Source: Octopus vulgaris
Taxonomy: Eukaryota
DNA: 64,000 nt
Direction of reading: 5' to 3'
Assembly (NCBI GenBank): GCA_951406725.2
Contig: OX597818.1
Coordinates: 37,634,001-37,698,000, forward strand
In this document: positions 53,295 to 64,000 of the stretch, one piece after another
Layout of the letters: each line of letters starts with the position of its first letter
Position numbering within the stretch: position 1 is the first letter of the stretch
Notes under the pieces: generated by a model
Told to the model about the DNA's origin: nothing
Seen by the model: the letters and a program-made list of their open reading frames with translations, nothing else
Database searches by the model: none
Made by a program: the position numbers and the translations under genes

Positions 53295-54422
53295 GGAAAA
53301 AACAGAAAGAGGGAGGCACTGTTTTAAATACACACACATATATGTATAAACACACAGACACACAGACACACAAACATACACGCAAGCATTCGCGTATGTG
53401 CGTGTCAGTGTATTTGTGGTGTAAGCACACAGCTAAACATTAGTTCGCTTTATTATAGTACGACTAGTTTATGACCTTATAGCTTCAACTCTTTTCTTTC
53501 TTTATACATTACCCCTTAAATGCACAATACTTATGTTTAGACGGTAGTAACAGCATGTCTCATGGGAATATCTATATGTCGGCACGTAAGTAACTGTGAA
53601 TTTGCTAAGTGTGTATATATGTGTTGTGTATGAAATTTTCTGAACGTTTTCAGTGATTTCTTTGCTAAACTTAAAAAGCAAGAATCTAAATAAAGGAAGA
53701 AAGTACTTCTAAACTTGACCAAGTATTCATATTAGAAATGCATTTATACATACGGAGTGTAAATTTTTTTAGGGTTATAGGTCAGTAACGTCACTGAATT
53801 TTAATGCAAAGTATCGTACTTCGTTGTTTTGTTATTTTTCGTAATTCTTTCATTTATGGTTCTATTTTAAGAAATCTTTTGAATTGTCTCACAAATCTTT
53901 CTTCTGTCAATAGACAAAGATCTGTGAGATCTCAGTGATTTTTCTTTGTTTTTTTTTTATTCAGTTTTTGTTGAATAATTTTAGGTTTTCTTCAATACTG
54001 TATTGACTATTCATAAAATGAATCCCGATATTGTCTGAAGAAAATCGTGCTGTTGTGAATGAATATCTCATCTAAACATGAAGTGAACCACTTCTAGTGA
54101 AACTTCGTACATCTGACTGAAATTCACAGTTGCTGTTGAAACATCTCTTGCACAGAATAAAAATTTGTGACACGCTCTCGATAAGTTTCTTATAAGAGTT
54201 TTCGATGAATTCGCCATCAGCTTCGATGACTGCTTCAGTGCAGGGCGGGAGTCATTGGCATACCTGCACTAAATGATCCTTATACATTTTGGATCGCCTG
54301 GACATAAACCAGTGAAGACCGTCTTCACTGAAGCTATGGTATTTTGATGCTGTCGATTGATTTGCTTTTCAACAACGATCCAAAGGGAAGCTCATGGGGT
54401 TTTAATCTAGCAAGTTTGGAGG

Positions 54423-54815
54423 TACTTGTACTTGTGGCGACATTCACCCTGGGCGGGTTGAGTCGGCTTCTTCTACCACCCTCGAGGCATCTCGAACCAT
54501 AGCAGCCCACGTACGACGGTCCCGCGCCAGTTCACTGGAGATAGCGAGCCAGTCACGGTTCCATCGGCGCAGGCCGACCACCTGCGGTCCCGTGAGAACA
54601 GAGAGGTCCTCCTTGATCGTCGTAACCCACGTCTTCAGCTGCCCGCCCGCGCGTTTCCGCCAGTTGGGAGAAGGATATCACGGCTCAGTTCACCCACCGG
54701 ACGCCTACATGCATGGCCAAATCACCGCAAGCGCCGTTACAGAAGGACAGATGGAAGGCGCCGCAGAGACAGGCGAAGTCGGAGATTGGAGGCCTACAAC
54801 TTTGATCTTACATGG
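54423..54815 (-). mobile_element. RTE-clade LINE 3' end
   Basis: WRKRAGGQLKTWVTTIKEDL...RRWNRDWLAISSELARDRRTWAAMVRD...STRPG* (stop 54444-54446) followed by a (CAAGTA)2 tail. Confidence 0.85.
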
Positions 54816-55091
54816 TCGGAAATGTTGTTTGACATCCATTATTAGGTTACGTGAAACTTGTGAGAAGGCGCTGAGTCTTGTTGAAACTCGTATGGGTTTT
54901 CACTGCATACTTCATCCATCCAGAGCTTTAGAACCCCGTGGTAAGATGTGAGATGGTATGACATGACCTTCATTACTCATCAATCCTAAAACCATCACAG
55001 TTGCTGGAAACTTACTATGCATCATTCTGGTGAAGTATCTACACATATCCATCTATCAGTTCTCTTGAGAAGCTTTTGATCTTGGTCGAAG

Positions 55092-55230
55092 TTTTTTCTT
55101 ATCAGAGAAGAACCGAAATATGCCATGTACATGACAGTTTTTTCTTATCAGAGAAGAACCGAAATATGCCATATATGTGACGGTTTTTCTTAGAGAAGAA
55201 CCAAAACATGCCGTGTACATGACGGTTTTT
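55092..55230. repeat. about 47-bp minisatellite x3
   Basis: ttttcttatcagagaagaaccgaaatatgccatgtacatgac. Confidence 0.85.
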
Positions 55231-55268
55231 AACCTTGTTAAATAACCGCTTAGCACAGATCAAACAGT

Positions 55269-55441
55269 TTTCCTGCGTCATTGTAGTCAAATATTGGCCT
55301 CTCTTCAGAACACATGATTTTTATCGAATGTCCTCAAGATACACATTTCTGAAGGTCCACTCCTACCCCTGCATGTCTTGTCACTTTTTGCGTTAGCATC
55401 TTAACTGTGATGAGGGATCTGCAAGAAATAATAACAATAAC

Positions 55442-55496
<55 letters not shown>

Positions 55497-55680
55497 GTAA
55501 TAATAATAATAATATATTTCCTGCGTCATTGTAGTCATGTATTGGCCTTTTTTCAGAACACATGATTTTTATAGAATGTCCTGAAGCAACACGTTTTTTA
55601 AGGTCCACTCCTACACCTGTATGTCTTTTCCTTTTTTTCCTCTAGCACCTTTATCTGTCATGAGGGAGCTGTAAGAAATA
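55269..55680. repeat. diverged tandem duplication of an about 160-bp unit, each followed by (AAT)n
   Basis: 55269-55430 versus 55517-55680. Confidence 0.85.
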
Positions 55681-57456
55681 ATAATAATAACCCCCCAAAA
55701 AAACTTGTAATTATTTAAAAGAAATTATCGTGTGTGTAGGTGTGTTTGTGCGCGCGCATATATCATATCACATTATATCATATAGTTTATATCATATCAC
55801 ATGCGTATTACATAGCATCGCAATTACACGCGCGCGATCGTTGATTTTTACAAAGAAACAGCAGTTCAGATTGTGGAAGTTGAGAGTTTATAAAAGTGAG
55901 AGAAATACTTGTGAAGAAAAAAATTGCAAGGTATTATATATGTATTTAAAAAAAATAAATAATAAGAGCAGGAAAGAAAACAGAGAACACAGGACAGAAA
56001 AGTTTGATAAATTAAATCTTGGCAATTAATACTCGAAGCTGTTTTCCAACATTGGTTAGTATGTTGGATATCCTGTAGTTGCATCATTCATAAACTTTTG
56101 CCTTTATTTCTATTGATTAAACTTCAAAAATTCTACCAATATGATGAATTACATTATATGACTTTAAAAAGATTAAAAATTATATTAAAAATGATGTCAA
56201 AGTAACTTAAATGAAATAAAGAATATTTATGAAGGAACAAACAGATATAACTAAAGCCAATATGAAAATAGATTTAGAAATATATACAATATAAAAATAT
56301 AACGGAATACTATGAAAGTTAGGGAGCTAATGTACATGTTATCTTTCCCCAACACTTTCCCCTGATTACATTAATACAGTGACTTATTTTTTCACCCCCT
56401 TCTGCTAATATTTCACATATTCAGATACATTCAAGGAGGCTGTCTTCTTTTCTTACGCGCATGTCAAGTACAATATATCGCATCTAATCTTTAAACTATA
56501 ACATTTAATTCATTCCGCACCCAGCATTGACTCATTTTCATGGTTTGTTGTCCGCTTTGATCTTTGAATATATATTTAACATAAAACCGCATTACGCTCC
56601 TCTAGTTGAATGCCTTAAACCATTGCAACAAAAATTATTAAAGCAACCGAATGACTCAGTGACAACACCCTCAAAAATTCCGACACCGAACCACTGCAAC
56701 CTCTTGATAATCAGGATAATAATACGAATGACATTAACTTCGAATTTAAATCTTATAAATGTTCGCCTACCAACATATTATTACAACCATTGAGAAAGAT
56801 TTATGTCTATTGATTAAAAATATGAAATACCAAAAAAATTGGTAGCTTCTTTGAAAAGAAACTGAATAACAAGCTACGAGGAACAGAAAAATTAAACAAT
56901 ATTTTCATCTAATTAAACAATAAAAAAAAAAATTAATCATAACGGCCATCAACGACAAATCTCAGAAATTCAATTATCGATACAGAAACAGACGAGAATA
57001 TTGTAAATCAAATTGATAATCAAGGAAAGGAATAACAATTAAATGTTGATGAGAGAACAGACCTCCTATTGCCACTGACATTATATTTCAAGTTTAAAAC
57101 CGTAAAGACAATTTTCAAAGAAAAAAAATAAAGATACATACAGACATACTTATACACATACATATACACACACAGGCATCTTAAAAGTAAAGAGACATTT
57201 CCCTTAAGACCGTTTTCTCTGTGTGAACATTACTCGTTAGTACGATGTCTAAACAGGTTAACCCATTAAAAACTGCACAAGATAATGTCTACTAAGTAAT
57301 AGATTTGCTTAAATGATACATCAAATGTCATTATCTTGTTTCTAGATATGAATCTTTCAAAAATGATGGTGTCTATTTACTTTTGAAATGTTTGTATAGG
57401 TGGGTGTACACACAGTCGCGCGCGCGCAAGTATATATGTATATTTATGTGTGTGTG

Positions 57457-57492
<36 letters not shown>

Positions 57493-57569
57493 AAAGCAAG
57501 ACGATTATCTCAAGTCGTTTAGAATATTTAATTAGAGTAAGGTGAATTTGAAGTAATTAAAACGGTGGT

Positions 57570-57826
57570 GCATCAGCATCGGTTGTCAAGCGATGTTGGG
57601 GGAGACAAACACAGATACACAACATTTACACACACATACACGCACACACATATATACATATATACGACATGCTTCTTTCAGTTTCCGTTTACCAAATCCA
57701 CTCACAAGGCTTTGGTTGACCTGAGGCTATATCAGAAGACACTTGCCCAAGGTGCCACGCAGTGAGGCTGAACCCGGAACTATGTGGTTGGTAAGCAAAC
57801 TACTTACCTCACAGCCACTCTTGCGC

Positions 57827-57882
<56 letters not shown>

Positions 57883-58030
57883 ACACACACACAAATACAC
57901 ACACACACACACACACAACCAGCTTCTTTCCGTTTCCGTCTGCTAAATTCACTCATAAGGCTTTGGTCGGTCTGAGGCTATAGAAGAAATCTGATTCTAG
58001 AGTCATGTGGCTGAAAAGCAAGCTTCTTGT
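57570..58030 (-). mobile_element. two SINE S2 copies
   Basis: S2 body repeated around (CA)n. Confidence 0.75.
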
Positions 58031-58719
58031 TACACAGCCATGCCTGTGCCTATATAAAAAAAATATCCGTCTTTACAAAATCATCAATAAACTCCGTCCG
58101 ACTCACGCAAGCATCATTTGAACGACGACGACCACTAGGAGGAGGAGGAGGAGGAGATGGTGGTGGTGGAGGAGGAGGAGGAAGTAGTTGATTTGTGTTT
58201 GTCACCTGTGTCAGTTCGTCATGCCTGCACATGCCCGTGATAACACAAAATCAATGTATCGAATAAGCAGGCAAAAGAACGCGTAATCTGTTTTACCAAC
58301 GAAAATTATCGCTGAAGCAATCAATAATTAAATAAATTTGTCGAACAATTTAAAATTCGGCTGAACTATAACAATCAATCAAGTCAACCAGCCAATCAAT
58401 CGATTCAAGACAAAAACAACAAACATAAAAGAGAGGAAGTATATCGATTTGATATCAATAAATGTTATTTTACATTTGAAAATTTTAAATTAATCTAAAT
58501 CTACTGAATGCTATTGATCTGTCTATTAAACTAAGTTTCTCTTTTTTAAAATTTTTTTAAAATTTTTTCCCAGTAGGTTGTTCTTGATTCGACCAATGCA
58601 AGCAAACATGCAGGATGTGGGGTCAGAAACTCTGGCTGTTACCCATTATTGTCTTTATTGCGGCACCCGTCTTCTTTCTCATAACGTAAGTATATTACTA
58701 CTAAGTATGTTATTATTAA

Positions 58720-59460
58720 CCTGTGCCGGTGCCACGTAAAAAAAGCGCCCGTGCCGGCGTCACGTAAAAGAGTACTTGTGCCGGCGTCACGTACAATAAT
58801 AACCCATGCCATCGTCACATAAAAAAGCGCCCTTGCCGGCGTCACGTTAAAAAGTACCCTTGCCGGCACCACGTAAAAGATGCATCTGTGCCGGCGTCAC
58901 ATATGAAAGCCCACGTGCAGGTGTCAAATAAGTGAGCACCCATGCAGGCTCCATGTAAGAAAGCGCTTGTGCCGGCCAAACGTAACAGAGCACTCGTGCC
59001 TGCTCCACGTTAAAGAGCACCCATGTCGACGCCTCGTAAGAAACCATTTGTGCCGGCCAAACGGAACAAAGCACACGTGCCTGCGTTACGTCAAAGAGCA
59101 CCCGTGCCGGCGCCAGGTAAGAAAGCACCTGTGCCGGCGAAACGAAAAAGATGCATCCGTGCCGACGCCAGATAAGAAAGCATAAGAAAGCACACGTGCT
59201 GGCGTCCGTTCAAAAGCATCCGTGCGGGGGCCCTACATAAAAAAGAACACCCGTGTCGGTTCCATATAAAAGTCACCCAGTACAATCTGTAAACTGGTTG
59301 ACGGTATGAAGAAGGGTATCCAACCGTAGAAACCCATACAAAATTGACGGCTGAAACATGGTGCAGCCCTCCGGCTTGCCAGCTACTATCAAACTGTCCA
59401 ACGCATGCCAGCATGAAAAACGGACGTTAAATGATGATTGATGATGATGATGATGATGAA
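58720..59460 (+). mobile_element. SINE-like element with an internal 26-28-bp minisatellite and RTE-type tail
   Basis: About 20 units of gtgccggcgtcacgtaaaa(ag)agcaccc, then tail catgccagcatgaaaaacggacgttaaa(tga)n. Confidence 0.7.
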
Positions 59461-59803
59461 TAGATATTGTACGTAAACAACCCGGGTGATGACGTAAGCG
59501 ATGTAATTGGATTTACATAGGATCTATATTGTTTGTTTATACTTGTCACCTGGTCGGATGGACGACTGGATGGAGTATGAAGGGAGGAAAAAAAAAGCGA
59601 AAGAAACAAACGAAAAAGGAAAAGTTTCTTCTGTTATTCTTCTCCAAAGCTGCTTAAAGAAATGGCTTCACTTCAGAATACACACAAACTTCCGCATCTA
59701 TATTTCTATCTATCCATCTTTTCCCAATATACATACTTATCTATCATCCTGAATACATTACCGAAACGTGGTTGAGTGAGTGTATGTATGTAGGCATGTA
59801 TGC

Positions 59804-59857
<54 letters not shown>

Positions 59858-60005
59858 TTGGATATATACATATATGTATATATATACATATATATATATG
59901 TATATATACATATATATATGTATATATACATATATATATATGTATGTATATATACATTTATGTACATATATACATATATATACATTTATGTATATATATA
60001 TATAC

Positions 60006-60072
<67 letters not shown>

Positions 60073-60468
60073 CATACACACACATATACATACACAAACA
60101 TACATATACACACACATATATATTTATATGTATATATACATACACACACACACAGGAATTGCCAATCGTGCAAAATATTTCATAAGCTCTCTGTTGGCCC
60201 ACCAGGCTAACAATATTACTCAGATTAGTGAAGACCTGCAAGTAATCTTTTGGTAGAGCCGCAAGTTATGGTTCATCACAATTCTATAGTGTAAATCCGT
60301 GGATGGAGTTTAGACAAACTTTGAATAAACTTATCAGTAAAGTACCTATAATGACTACTGGAATCAGCTGTAAGCCAAATTTGCTCTAATAACGGAATTA
60401 TATGTAATGACCATTATTTGTAAATTGTTTCTCACACACACGTGCGTTCATGTGTGTGCGTGTGTTTA

Positions 60469-60710
60469 TCTATTATATAAAATCCGTTGTCTGTTTGTGT
60501 GTGTGTGTCTTCTAGGATCTCAGGCATCCTCCATCCGATTGTGCTCAAATTTGATCTGTTGATACCGACGGTATCAGGGCGTGTATAAATCTTGAAAAAT
60601 TTACAAAAATCGATTCCAGGTGAGAATGTGATCGATAAAGCCGTGGGAACGTGCATTTGTACGCGCAAGTACATCAGTCGAAATTCGTCTATTTTCTGGT
60701 GTCTCAAATT
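60469..60710 (+). mobile_element. Helitron-like 5' fragment
   Basis: A|TCTATTATATAAAA start followed by a (TG)-rich segment; no 3' CTAG end seen. Confidence 0.5.
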
Positions 60711-60934
60711 TAGGTTAAATCAGTGTTTCTCAATGGGGTGGCCTATGGGACGGTCGGACAATGTTTGAGAACTCAGCACAGTCCATTGGACGTGGGGGGG
60801 ATTTTGCTCGTATATATATATATATATATATATATATCGAATAGCTACATAATGTAGGTTTACGTTTTCGTCTGAATATGTGTGCGTATTTATATATATG
60901 TATATATGTATATGTATGTGTGTGTATGTATTTA

Positions 60935-60968
<34 letters not shown>

Positions 60969-61105
60969 AGTCTATCCGTATTTGTATGCATGCACGTGTG
61001 CGTGTGTCTGTATATATGTTTAGATGTCGATAATTATCGATGCGGATATTGTTAGTCTGCAAGGTCAAGTTAAAAAAATACATATGGAAGATACATGCAG
61101 ATAAA

Positions 61106-61512
61106 AGCAGGAGTGGCTGTGTGGGAAGTAGCTTGCTTAACAACCACATGGTTGCGGGTTCATTCCCACTGCGTGGTACCTTGGGCAAGTGTCTTCTACT
61201 ATAACCTCGGGCCAACCAAAACCTTGTGAGTGGATTTGGTAGACGGAAACTGAAAGAAGCCCGTCGTATATATGTATATATATATATATGTGTGTTTGTG
61301 TGTCTGTGTTTGTCTCCCCCCCCCCCCCAACATCGCTTGACAACCGATGCTGGTGTGTTTACGCCCCCGTAACTTAGCGGTTCGGCAAAAGGGACCGATA
61401 GAATAAGTACTAGGCTTCCAACGAATAAATCCTGGGGTCGATTTGCTCGACTAAAAGCGGTGCTCCAGCATGGCTGCAGTCAAATGACTGAAACAAGTTA
61501 AAGAGAAAAGAG
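61106..61512 (+). mobile_element. SINE family S2, full length
   Basis: tRNA-like head, CORE-like segment, LINE-like tail. Confidence 0.85.
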
Positions 61513-62101
61513 ACAAAAGGTTGAAGTGAAAATAAACAAATAAATAAATAACTATATAAATAAATAAATAAAAACAATTGCTAGATTCGATGCGTTTATA
61601 TCAATTTGGAAAATACGTTTGTATCTGTGTCTCTGTGTGAGACAGCTTGTCTAACGAAGTACGAGTGTAATTCTGTATTCATGAATAAGGCGTGAACATC
61701 AAGCACAGGTGGAAATGAGGTGAGGAAACAATGATGTCAAATGGTGCATGCTCGCAATAAATTGACTTAATGAAACAAGCTTGAGCATGTTTGTGTAAAC
61801 TGAGGTGTTAAGAAGGAAGCTTAAGCAATACAATCTGTTGATAAGGACCACCAAGCTTTCACACACACATACGCACAAATATGCTCATACATATACGGAC
61901 ATACTTGCGCACACACATTTTTATGACTTAAAGGAGCAAGCACCGAAGTCAGCTCTAAGGGCCTTTGACTTGGAGGTGAAATGAAAGGAAGAAATTACTT
62001 TAAGACCAGGGACTTAGACCGAAAGTTTAAGACAGAGTGGGCTCTATTAAGAGTACACACGGACCAAGTAGAGATTTTAAACTGAGTTATGGTTAATCCT
62101 A

Positions 62102-62429
62102 GTGGAGGCGCAACGGCCCAGTGGTTAGGGCAGCGGACTCGCGGTCGGAGGATCGCGGTTTCAATTCCCAGACCGGGCCTTGTGTGTGCTTATTGAGCGG
62201 CGAAAGAACCTAAAGCTCCATGAGGCTCCAACAAGGGGTGGTGGTGACCCCATTTTGTACTCTTTCGCCCCAACTTTCTCTCACTCTTTCTTCCCGTTTC
62301 TTGAGTAACGCTGCGATGGACTGGCGTCCCGTCCAGGTGGGGGGAACACATACGCCACAGAAACCGGGAAACCGGGCCCATGAGCCTGGCTACGCTTGAA
62401 AAGTGCGCATAAATAAATAAATAAATAAA
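62102..62429 (+). mobile_element. SINE family S3
   Basis: 13-bp TSD atggttaatccta at 62089-62101 and 62430-62442; (AAAT)n tail. Confidence 0.9.
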
Positions 62430-63585
62430 ATGGTTAATCCTAAGACCCAAGAGTGGAAACAGATCCTCTGGCGGATTTCCACAGTTCCCGTTAACGAAAT
62501 TTTGCCCTTTAGACTTTGATCAACACATGAGTATCGTATGATTTGCCCAAATTGCCGAGTAGTGAAATTGAACCAGAACCATGCAATAACGAAGCGAACT
62601 TCTTAACCACACAGCCATACCTGCACCCATTTGGCTATCTTTACTCATCAATTGTGCTACTTTCTTTCATCGGTTCAGCAAGTACATTCATATCGATTAC
62701 ATATTGATGGTTCACAATCGTTGGATTTAGATAAAAAAAAAAAAAACAATTGTAAGAAACAAATAATAGAAATTGTTGGATTTTGATGGATCACTCAAGT
62801 GCTGATTGGCAAAGAGTGCAATACGAGTGCTTTTGTCATGGCTTAAGTTCATATCGAGTGCAGGGATGGCCAAACGGTTAGGAAGCTTGATTCATAACCA
62901 CGTGGATTCGGGCCCGATCTCGTTGCGCGGCATCTTAGCCTCGATTGGTTAAAAATTACGTGGAAACACACCAAAGGAATCGTTCCTGTTCTTGGATGGT
63001 AAGCTTAATCTATCACTTGGCCTTTGGATGTCCTTAGCGTTCGAAAAGCTTTCCAGTCTGAGGATATCTTCTTCCTACTAGATTCCAGAGGCCCTGCAAA
63101 TTCATAGGGATGATTCCCTTCTGTTCTGATTAAATCTTTTTTTTTATCAAGATATGGCATAAGTACTTAAAGAAAGCATGAGACTGGGTCTTATACATAA
63201 ATTCATCGAAAACTAATCCAAATCAGCAGTTTTCTACTATCCAGGTAGTATCAAGCGATATCGCAGGTTTCCTGAACTAATCACTTGGTTAAAACACTTC
63301 AATATGACTTGTGTGATCATATGCAACACACCAATGCAAGAGGCTATCTCATGGCCCATTGTACCAAACCAAACATTTGTGACACAAATTTACGTGTTAA
63401 TATATTTCTTTTGATCAAAGCACTCCCGTTAAATCTTTCCATGTGATCATCAATGATTCGTGTTCGTATTCCTTCGCCAGCACTGCTTTCTGTTCATAGC
63501 TTACATCTCTGTTCTGACTTGTTTAGCACGTTAGGCGTAAGTCAACTAAGTAGTTACAAAGTCACACGCTTTCTTTAAGTTCTTA

Positions 63586-63947
63586 CTATTTTACTTGTTT
63601 CAGTCATTTGACTGTGGCCATGCTGGAGCACCACCTTTAGTCGAGCAAATCGACCCCAGGACTTATTCTGTGAATGCCTAGTACTTATTCCATCGGTCTC
63701 TTTGGTCGAACCGCTAAGTTACGGGGACGTAAACACACCAGCATCGGTTGTCAAGCGATGTATGGACAAACACACACACACACATATATATGCATATATA
63801 CGAAGGGCTTCTTTCAGTTTCCGTCTACCAAATCCACTCACAAGGTTTTGGTCGGCACGAGGCTATAGTAGAAGACACTCGCTCAAGGTGCCACGCAGTG
63901 GGACTGAACTCGGAACCATGTGGTTCGTAAGCAAGCTACTTACCACT
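63586..63947 (-). mobile_element. SINE family S2
   Basis: Matches other S2 copies. Confidence 0.85.
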
Positions 63948-64000
63948 TCTTGTGATATCTTGAAAATAAAAAAAAAGATTTAATCAGAACAGAAGGAGAG

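Noticed and set aside
58720-59280. CRISPR-like array
   Set aside because: Eukaryotic context, no unique spacers, no cas genes; a plain minisatellite

Overview
AT-rich eukaryotic non-coding DNA dense in microsatellites. The repeat families resemble those of octopus/cephalopods (inference). No intact host gene is recognisable, and most ORFs in the track are microsatellite artefacts. The window is a mosaic of three SINE families, LINE fragments (CR1/L2-like, RTE, R4/Dong-like, I-like), a frameshifted hAT/Buster transposase, a deleted mariner, Tc1/pogo- and Mutator-type MITEs and Helitrons. The main signal is 11 type I hammerhead ribozyme (HHR) motifs, plus degenerate ones, in four families that share only the core. 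Most are minimal, with the palindromic stem III typical of Penelope-like elements (PLEs). They mostly sit in short non-coding modules at (TA)n tracts, often as inverted pairs. One inverted pair has a 15-bp target-site duplication (TSD). One carries a tRNA B-box remnant. One holds at its palindrome axis a perfect 127-bp copy of DNA found 2.1 kb downstream. All structures were folded by eye and ribozyme activity is untested.
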